Shown: in pieces, positions 19,313-26,103 of the stretch | Numbering within the stretch: position 1 is the stretch's first letter | How the letters are laid out: every line of letters begins with the position of its first letter | NCBI GenBank assembly: GCA_043727575.1 | Contig: JAYSYN010000244.1 | Span: forward strand, 2,932 to 66,931 | Source of the DNA: Fimbriiglobus sp. | Lineage (GTDB): Bacteria; Planctomycetota; Planctomycetia; Gemmatales; Gemmataceae | Direction: 5' to 3' | DNA: 64,000 nucleotides | Notes under the pieces: model-generated | The model's database searches: none | Told to the model about the DNA's origin: nothing | What the model saw: the letters and a program-made list of their open reading frames with translations, nothing else | Translations under genes and position numbers: made by a program

Positions 19313-22300
19313 GGTCGGTCGGTCGCCGGTGACAAGGGGCTGTCATCCGGTTGCATCGGCACTTCGCCCTTGGCGGCTTCAGTCGAAATCGTCGGAAGTT
19401 GCAACCAGAGTTTCGCCCCGATCTCTTTCAACCACACCGGACTCGCTTGGCCGTAGGGCCGGAATTTCTCGGGGCGCTCCGTGCCCTCTTCGACGAAGAG
19501 CGCCCGCGTCCGCCCCAGCCGGCTCGCGGCGGGCGTGTCGATCAACTGCGCCGAATCGTTCGCGCTCATTTGGAATAGCACGCGCAGTGTAAATTCCCGC
19601 ATCCCCTGACGATCCACGGCCCGCGTCAGGTTCATCACGCTGTCGCACCAGGCAATGACGTGGATGCCGACGGCCGGGCCTTCGCGCAGGATCGTGGCGA
19701 ACTGATCCCCCGGCGCCGCCACTTTCTCGCCGCGGCGGCCGTAGCCGAAATCCTCCTCGGCCTTGCGGAGTTCGCGCAGCCGGTGCAACCCGTGCACGAA
19801 CAAGAAGCGCGGCGCCCGCTCCGCGATGGTCCCGTTCAACCGGCCATCGACTTCCGCGGCGAACGCGGCGAGAGTCGCCGCGAGCCCGGCCCGTTCGACC
19901 AACGGCGCCAGCCGGAGCGCCGCGCAGACGCTGCGGAGGGTATCGGCGAATTCGGAATCGTCCGGCGTCCCGTCGAGCACCGCGGCAATATTCGGATCGC
20001 GGTACCGCGCCGCCAGCGACACCAGGCCGGCGCTGATGATAGCGAGGGCAGCGTCTTCGGATTGGCCGATGAGCAGCACATTCGCCCCCGATTGCGGGCG
20101 GAACACCGCGGCGGTGGGGTCTTTGATCGCGATGGCGTCGCCCAGCCAGAGGGTCGCGGGCCCGGTATCGCTCGGCGATGCCAGCAGATGTTGGAGAGTC
20201 GCATTGTCGGTGAGTTCCGCGGCGGCGCTTCCTTCGAAGACGAGGCACCGGCTCGGCGCGGCGGATCGTTCGTGCAGTTTTTCCAGAATCGCCTCGCGGC
20301 GATCCTCGGAAAGCCAGACGACTTGGAACGGGTTGTTCCCTTCTTGCAGGCCGTTGGCGTCGTTGTAAATCGCCTCGCCCGGCCGGGTGAGCAACCGCGC
20401 GGCGGAGTTGTCTTTGCTGAGGATCAACTGCGCGTCGGCCTCGCTGCATTGCAGAGCGATGCGTACCGCCATCTGGTCGATGGTGCTGCGCGGCAGCGAG
20501 TAGCCGCCGCCGAGGGTTTGCGATCCGAGGATGACGTGGACGCCGAAAGCCCGGCCCTGGCGGACGAGGCGGTCGATGAGCAAACCGGCTTCTTGAGACA
20601 GTTTGTCGTCTTCGACGAAGAATTCTTGGAATTCGTCGACGACGAGCAAGATGCGGGGCAGGGGTTCGCCGGGATGCGACTCGCGGAAGCTCGGGAAATC
20701 GTTGACGCCGAGGGCGCGGAAACGGTCGCCGCGCTCGCGCAAGATGCCGTCGAGACGCTGCAGCACGCTCAGGCCGAATTCGCGTTCGCTCTCGATGGCG
20801 ATGACCCGCGCATGCGGCAGGTGCATCTCGGCGTACATCTTGAATTCGACCCCTTTCTTGAAGTCGATCAAGTACAACTGGGCTTCCGCCGGGCTGTACG
20901 TCATCGCGAGATTCGTGATGAGCGCGTGCATTAGCGTCGATTTGCCGGAGCCGGTTTTCCCGGCGATGAGCGCGTGCTGCGCCGTGCCGCGACCGAGTGA
21001 AAGGACCTGCCGTTTCGTCGCTCCCGAACGACCGATGGGGATGTTGAACCCGATCTTCGTGCTGGCGGCCCAGATCTGATCGACCGCCGGTGCGATGAAC
21101 TCGAACGGCACTTCGACGCGGGCCGCATTCCGGCTCGCTTCGCCGATCTTGCGGACGATGGCCACGATGTCATCGCTGCCCGGCGGCCGGTCGAGCGTGA
21201 GCGGGAACGGGGCGAGCGCCGGATCGGCGGCGCGGAAGCCCCCGTCTTTCCAAGCGAGATTCAGTGAGACCTGCTCGAGGTCCGCGAGGCGGAAATCGCG
21301 CGGCAACGCCACCGCCGTATCGACTCCGAGCATCGTGCAGACGCCGCAGGCGGGGCCGCTGCTCATGATGCTGACGAGCCGGCGGGCCGCATCCGGCGTG
21401 AAATTCGTGGGGAAATTGGCGATGACGAGGACGCGATACGGCTCGGCCACTTCCCCGGCGGCGCGGTTATACTCCTCGATGCTCTTGTATTGGTTGCGGA
21501 GATACTTCTGGATCACGTTTTCCATGTGCTCGGTCAGGTCGGTCAGCTTCGCGTCGATCTGACTCGGCTCGGTCCAGATGCGGTTGGTCACGAGCAATTC
21601 GTCGAAATCGGCGAGGTGCATGAACGCGGCGAAGTTCTCGCCGAGACCGACGGGGTCGAAGATCGTGAACCGGACTTTGCCCGGTGGCAAGCCGGTGAGG
21701 AAGCGTAGCATCATCGCTTGGAGCGCATTCACGGTTGCGGCGCGACCTTCGTCACGGGCCTTCAGAACGACGGAGCAACCGTCGGGGAAGGGGAGGAACG
21801 CGGGCACGACGGCATCGACCGGATGTTCCGGTGTCAGTCGGCTGTCAGTGGGGACACCCTCGGGGAGCGCCGCGGCTTCGACTCGGTACTCGCCGAAGCG
21901 GATCCCGGCGGGGACTTCCGTTGGGAGTGCAGCAGTCCCGGACAGGACCGCCGGCCAATTCGGGAAGCTCGCTCCGGCACCTTGGGCGTCCCGCACACTC
22001 GCGCCGACATCGTTCAAACCCGATTGCCAGCGCTCCGAAAGTCGTTCCCAATTGCTGGCCCGCGCCGATTCGGCCGATTCGAGGGCCGCGGAATATTTGG
22101 CTTCGGCGCGCGCCAGTTGATCGTCAAAATCGGCGGCGAGCCCGGCCGCCTCGACTTCGTGCTTCCGGGCCGTTTCGAATTCGTCCGCCCGGCGCTTCAA
22201 TTTGGACACCGCGAATCCCGCTTCGTACCGTTCTTGGTTGTTGCGGAGGGTCGACGCGGCGCTCTTCACCGCGCGGGCCAGATTCGCGTGGTGCTGCTCC

Positions 22301-23247
22301 TCGATGCTGGCGCGATCGCGAGCGTGGGCTTTTTTCAGCGCGGCGTGACTGGTTTGGTAAGTCGCCTCCGCATGGGCCGCGAGGCTGGCGCCGGCGCGCT
22401 CGGCTTCCGAGAGGAACACCCCGAGGGCGGTCCCGCGGTCGCGGACTTGCCGGCGCGCTAAGAAGACGAGCAACTGCCGGAGCGCGAGTCCGACGAGGAT
22501 TGCCCCGGCGAGGCCGACGCCCAGAGCGGAGGGCACCGACAGCCCGGCCGCGGCCGCGATGCCGAAGGAAATCGCCCCGGCCGCGAAGACGCAGAGCATC
22601 GTACCGAGCAAACCCGCGAACTTCGTCAGCGGCGCTTGCCGTAGCTGCGCGAGCGCGGCGGTCGAATCTTCGAGGCACTTTTCGAGCTTGCCTTCGGGGT
22701 CGGTTTTAATGGCCGAGGGCAAACGGCTGGCGCGGAACTCCACGTCGTCGCGCGATAATTGCACCCGTCCGAGGACGGCTTCGGCTTCGGACCATTGCCG
22801 CTCGATTTGCGCGTCGCCCAATTTCGCCGTTCGCAATTGCGTGTCTTTCAATTCCGAAGCTTGTTTCTCGCCGGCTTCGTGGAGCGAATCGACCGTCCAA
22901 TAGCGGTCCTTCGTCTCGTTTTTGATCTGCGCTTCGGCGGCGCGCTGCGACTGCTCCGTCCGGTTTTTCGTCTCTTGGTACCCGGTGGCGGCGGTCCGCT
23001 CCGCGTCGCCCAGCGCCGATTGCAATTGCGCCTCCGCCGCGGACCGCTCGGCCGCTTGCTCCCCGAGCGCCCGCGCCTTCGCAGTCCCGAGGACGCGCCG
23101 AGATTTGGCCACCTCTTTTTCGGCGGCATCCACGGCGGCGGAAAAAGCATCGGTCAAAGCCTTTTCACCGGCGGCCCGCTCGCGTACCAGCGTCTGCAAG
23201 AGTTGCAAACTCGCGCGCTGCCGGTCGAACCAATTTTCCGCGGCCAT
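19309..23247 (-). CDS. membrane-anchored FtsK/SpoIIIE-family ATPase (EssC/EccC-like), 1312 aa
   Basis: Walker A LIAGKTGSGKST lies at 20935-20970, Walker B is ILLVVDEFQEF, and GVHVILGSQ follows. It has a roughly 200-aa Ala/Glu/Gln-rich predicted coiled coil and then two hydrophobic segments (LLGTMLCVFAAGAISFGIAAAAG / ALGVGLAGAILVGLALRQLLVFL). P-loop-less FtsK-like modules flank the active one. Confidence 0.88.
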   Translation of the reverse strand: MAAENWFDRQRASLQLLQTLVRERAAGEKALTDAFSAAVDAAEKEVAKSRRVLGTAKARALGEQAAERSAAEAQLQSALGDAERTAATGYQETKNRTEQSQRAAEAQIKNETKDRYWTVDSLHEAGEKQASELKDTQLRTAKLGDAQIERQWSEAEAVLGRVQLSRDDVEFRASRLPSAIKTDPEGKLEKCLEDSTAALAQLRQAPLTKFAGLLGTMLCVFAAGAISFGIAAAAGLSVPSALGVGLAGAILVGLALRQLLVFLARRQVRDRGTALGVFLSEAERAGASLAAHAEATYQTSHAALKKAHARDRASIEEQHHANLARAVKSAASTLRNNQERYEAGFAVSKLKRRADEFETARKHEVEAAGLAADFDDQLARAEAKYSAALESAESARASNWERLSERWQSGLNDVGASVRDAQGAGASFPNWPAVLSGTAALPTEVPAGIRFGEYRVEAAALPEGVPTDSRLTPEHPVDAVVPAFLPFPDGCSVVLKARDEGRAATVNALQAMMLRFLTGLPPGKVRFTIFDPVGLGENFAAFMHLADFDELLVTNRIWTEPSQIDAKLTDLTEHMENVIQKYLRNQYKSIEEYNRAAGEVAEPYRVLVIANFPTNFTPDAARRLVSIMSSGPACGVCTMLGVDTAVALPRDFRLADLEQVSLNLAWKDGGFRAADPALAPFPLTLDRPPGSDDIVAIVRKIGEASRNAARVEVPFEFIAPAVDQIWAASTKIGFNIPIGRSGATKRQVLSLGRGTAQHALIAGKTGSGKSTLMHALITNLAMTYSPAEAQLYLIDFKKGVEFKMYAEMHLPHARVIAIESEREFGLSVLQRLDGILRERGDRFRALGVNDFPSFRESHPGEPLPRILLVVDEFQEFFVEDDKLSQEAGLLIDRLVRQGRAFGVHVILGSQTLGGGYSLPRSTIDQMAVRIALQCSEADAQLILSKDNSAARLLTRPGEAIYNDANGLQEGNNPFQVVWLSEDRREAILEKLHERSAAPSRCLVFEGSAAAELTDNATLQHLLASPSDTGPATLWLGDAIAIKDPTAAVFRPQSGANVLLIGQSEDAALAIISAGLVSLAARYRDPNIAAVLDGTPDDSEFADTLRSVCAALRLAPLVERAGLAATLAAFAAEVDGRLNGTIAERAPRFLFVHGLHRLRELRKAEEDFGYGRRGEKVAAPGDQFATILREGPAVGIHVIAWCDSVMNLTRAVDRQGMREFTLRVLFQMSANDSAQLIDTPAASRLGRTRALFVEEGTERPEKFRPYGQASPVWLKEIGAKLWLQLPTISTEAAKGEVPMQPDDSPLSPATDRP

Positions 23248-23265
23248 CGTTCGACCCCGACTGAG

Positions 23266-23475
23266 TAGGACAGGCCTCCAGGCCTGTCCAAATCGATGAT
23301 GTCGACAGGCCCGGAGGCCTGCCGCTACATTAGCGTTTGTCCCGTTCGCCTATGTAGGACAGGCCTCCAGGCCTGTCCAAATCGATGATGTCGACAGGCC
23401 CGGAGGCCTGCAGCTACATTAGCGTTTATCCCGTTCGACTATGTAGGACAGGCCTCCAGGCCTGTCCAAATCGAC
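23266..23475. repeat. 89-bp tandem repeat, about 2.35 copies, each unit carrying two GC-rich hairpins
   Basis: Units are 23266-23354, 23355-23443 and partial 23444-23475. There are 3 mismatches between the two full units. The perfect palindrome GGACAGGCC-TCCA-GGCCTGTCC plus the imperfect GACAGGCC-CGGA-GGCCTGC occur in each unit. Confidence 0.9.
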
Positions 23476-23490
23476 TGCGACACCACCGGT

Positions 23491-23715
23491 TCATTCATCC
23501 GAATATTCGCAATCCTGCCGGATCTGCACGAAGAGCACCGACAGTTGATCGACGGCGCGCAGGACTTTGCTCGCGCCGTCGTCCCACGGCAACCAGACCT
23601 TTTCTTCATGCTCCTGCTTCGCGGTGTCGGTCCATGTCTCCGTCGCGGCCTGCCAATGGGCGCGGGCCGTTTTTTGAGCATCGTAAAGCTGACTGCGGGA
23701 CGCGCCGAATTTCAT
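23491..23715 (-). CDS. small helical protein (74 aa), WXG100-like paralog
   Basis: The product is MKFGASRSQLYDAQKTARAHWQAATETWTDTAKQEHEEKVW... Its ATG overlaps the upstream stop (ATGA at 23712-23715). A central TW-T-D...QEHEEK motif resembles that of the 90-aa protein at 24249-24521. Confidence 0.55.
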   Translation of the reverse strand: MKFGASRSQLYDAQKTARAHWQAATETWTDTAKQEHEEKVWLPWDDGASKVLRAVDQLSVLFVQIRQDCEYSDE

Positions 23716-24242
23716 GGCGCCCCCGGTGATGCGGACGCGGCCGGGGCCGGCGCGAGGTCGGCCCGCATCTCGGCGTATTGTTCCAGCGCTTCGATTTGCC
23801 GCTGCAACAGCGACAAACCTTTCGCCACGTCCCCTTCCAGTAACAGCGCGAAGCGGTGACCCGCCCCTGAAAAGGTCTCGTCGATGATTTTCGGCAAGTT
23901 CACCGACCATTTCTTGCAAACCGCGACGCGATCTTGGGCGTGCTCCAGTCTCGCGACGGCTCGCCGAAGGTTGCGTTCCTGCACGGTGGTGTCGGGCATT
24001 CGCCCGGTCGGGCCGGGGAATCGACGGGCCGAAAGCTCCGCCTTCGCCTGCACCACGGCGTCTTCGCAATCCCGGATCGAGCGCTGCCAGCGGTCGAGTT
24101 GTTGACTCACCCAATCGATGCCCCGGCGGATTTCGAGTCGGATGCTCGCCAGCGATTCTTCGGATTCGACCTTGAATACAGCGGCCGACGCGAGCCAGTC
24201 GCGCAGGCCGTCGATCTCGCGGACATCGGCGCCGACACTCAT
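23712..24242 (-). CDS. hypothetical helical protein (176 aa) in the T7SS-like operon
   Basis: The translation is coherent and charged/heptad-like. Its start is 7 nt downstream of the WXG100-like gene, and its stop overlaps the next start. I recognise no family. Confidence 0.6.
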   Translation of the reverse strand: MSVGADVREIDGLRDWLASAAVFKVESEESLASIRLEIRRGIDWVSQQLDRWQRSIRDCEDAVVQAKAELSARRFPGPTGRMPDTTVQERNLRRAVARLEHAQDRVAVCKKWSVNLPKIIDETFSGAGHRFALLLEGDVAKGLSLLQRQIEALEQYAEMRADLAPAPAASASPGAP

Positions 24243-24248
24243 GATCGC

Positions 24249-24521
24249 CTACCGCTGGGTGAGGTATTCTTCGATGCGCTCCGCCTTGCGCAGCAAGTAC
24301 GGCAGGTACAGATTCGAGTTCTCGAGGAAGTGTTCGAGCACCTTCATGGTCTCTTCGAACTCCTCGCGGAACTTGTCGTGTTCCTGATCCCGCCACGTGT
24401 CGCCCAGCGCCATCAACTGGGCGTGCAACCCGGCGAGGTTCACATGCAGGTCGGTGTTGAATCGCTTCAGACTCCCGGCGAAGCGCCGCAGTTCGGCCGG
24501 ATCGACGACGGCTTGGGCCAT
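24249..24521 (-). CDS. WXG100-like small helical-hairpin protein (90 aa)
   Basis: The product is about 90 aa, with two predicted helices around a central Trp turn (LMALGDTWRDQEHDKFREEFEE, W43). It is encoded in the same operon as an FtsK/SpoIIIE ATPase. The motif is W-R-D rather than canonical W-x-G. Confidence 0.6.
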   Translation of the reverse strand: MAQAVVDPAELRRFAGSLKRFNTDLHVNLAGLHAQLMALGDTWRDQEHDKFREEFEETMKVLEHFLENSNLYLPYLLRKAERIEEYLTQR

Positions 24522-24710
24522 GGGGAAACCCCTATTGCGGACATGAGCAAACTTTTACCAGTATAACCCGCGAGTACCGGAAGTGTTGACGGGACTACCG
24601 GAGATTCATCGAAGGACGCATGTGCGATTTCTTTCCCGTGGGTCGGGAGCCCATAAAACAATTCTCGATGGACTGCCGTCGATCCTCGGATTTCCTATTC
24701 GGACAACCTC

Positions 24711-26009
24711 ATGCTCGATGCCGGTTTCATCCGCGACAACCTCGCCGCCGTGAAGGCCAACTGCGCCAACCGGAATGCGACGCCCGACCTCGACCGCATC
24801 GTCGCGCTCGACGACGAGCGCAAGCGCTTGCAGCGCGTCGCCGATGAAACCAAGGCGAAGCAGAACGAGATCAGCAAGAAGTTCCCGACCGCGAAGACGC
24901 CCGACGAGAAGGCGGCGGTGAAAGAGGAAAGTGGCAAACTGAAGGAACGAGTCGGGGCGACCGAAGCGCTGTTGAAGCAGGTGCAACTCGATTTGCACGC
25001 GGCGCTGATGACCGTGCCGAACATGACCCACCCGGCCGCCCCGGTCGGCAGCGATCCGTCGTCGAACAAGGTCGTCGCGGAATTCGGCACCAAACCGACC
25101 TTCGATTTCAAACCGAAGGATCACTATGACCTCATCCACGAACTCGATCTCGCCGACTTGGAAGCCGGGGCCAAAGTCGCGGGGCAGCGCTTCTATTTCT
25201 TGAAGAACGAAGGCGTGCTACTCGAACTCGCGCTCGTTCAATACGCGATGCAGACGCTGATCCGCCACGGCTTCACGCCGATCATCACGCCCGATGTGGC
25301 CCGCGTCGAGGTCCTCGAAGGCATCGGCTTCATGCCGCGCGACAACACCGAGACCCGTCAGGTTTACACCATCGCCGACACCGACCTGTGCCTGATTGCC
25401 ACAGCCGAGATCACCCTCGGCGGCATGCACCGCGACCAAGTCTTCGACGAAGCCGATCTCCCGAGGAAATACGTCGGTCTGTCGCACTGTTTCCGCACCG
25501 AAGCCGGGGCCGCCGGACGCGACACGCGCGGACTGTACCGCGTCCACCAATTCACCAAAGTCGAGATGTTCACCTTCTGCACTCCGGAGCAGGGCGAGGC
25601 GATCCACGAAGAAATCCGAGCCATCGAAGAGGAAATCTTCAACGGCCTCGGGATCCCTTTCCACGTCATCGACACCTGCACCGGCGACCTCGGCGGCCCG
25701 GCCTACCGCAAGTACGACCTCGAAGCGTGGATGCCCGGCCGCGGCACCGCCGGCGACTACGGCGAGATCACAAGCACTTCGAATTGCACCGACTTCCAAG
25801 CCCGCCGGCTCGGCATCCGTTACCGGCCAAAAGAAAAGAAGGGCGGTGGTCTGCCGTTCCTCCATACCCTGAACGGCACCGCCGTGGCCTGCACCCGGGC
25901 GATGATCGCGATTCTGGAAAACTACCAGCAGGCCGACGGCACGGTGAAAGTGCCCGAGGTGCTGCAACCGTGGATCGGCAAGGATGTGATTCGGGCGAAG
26001 AAGGGGTGA
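24711..26009 (+). CDS. serS: serine--tRNA ligase
   Basis: MLDAGFIRDNLAAVKANCANR is followed by a coiled-coil arm and the class II motifs (FRTEAGAAGRDTRGLYRVHQFTKVE, GEITSTSNCTDFQARRL, LNGTAVA). Confidence 0.95.
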   Translation: MLDAGFIRDNLAAVKANCANRNATPDLDRIVALDDERKRLQRVADETKAKQNEISKKFPTAKTPDEKAAVKEESGKLKERVGATEALLKQVQLDLHAALMTVPNMTHPAAPVGSDPSSNKVVAEFGTKPTFDFKPKDHYDLIHELDLADLEAGAKVAGQRFYFLKNEGVLLELALVQYAMQTLIRHGFTPIITPDVARVEVLEGIGFMPRDNTETRQVYTIADTDLCLIATAEITLGGMHRDQVFDEADLPRKYVGLSHCFRTEAGAAGRDTRGLYRVHQFTKVEMFTFCTPEQGEAIHEEIRAIEEEIFNGLGIPFHVIDTCTGDLGGPAYRKYDLEAWMPGRGTAGDYGEITSTSNCTDFQARRLGIRYRPKEKKGGGLPFLHTLNGTAVACTRAMIAILENYQQADGTVKVPEVLQPWIGKDVIRAKKG

Positions 26010-26103
26010 TTCCCACAACCTTGGTTGTTCCGAGGCATTCTGCGCGCTAGAATTGTCTTAGAAGGTTGACTCTCCGCACCGCACTTTACCGAGCCGCGCT
26101 CCG

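Noticed and set aside
23266-23475. Possible CRISPR array
   Set aside because: The repeat units are directly abutting 89-bp copies with no unique spacers. No cas genes are in the window.
23491-24396. 301-aa minus-strand ORF spanning the small-protein genes
   Set aside because: Only its last 74 codons (from MKFGASRSQ) look like a real protein. The upstream part overlaps the better-supported 176-aa gene in another frame and is Arg/Gly-rich.
24522-24710. T-box or other leader upstream of serS
   Set aside because: I could identify no specifier-loop/T-box consensus or recognisable riboswitch core by eye. It is probably just a divergent promoter region.
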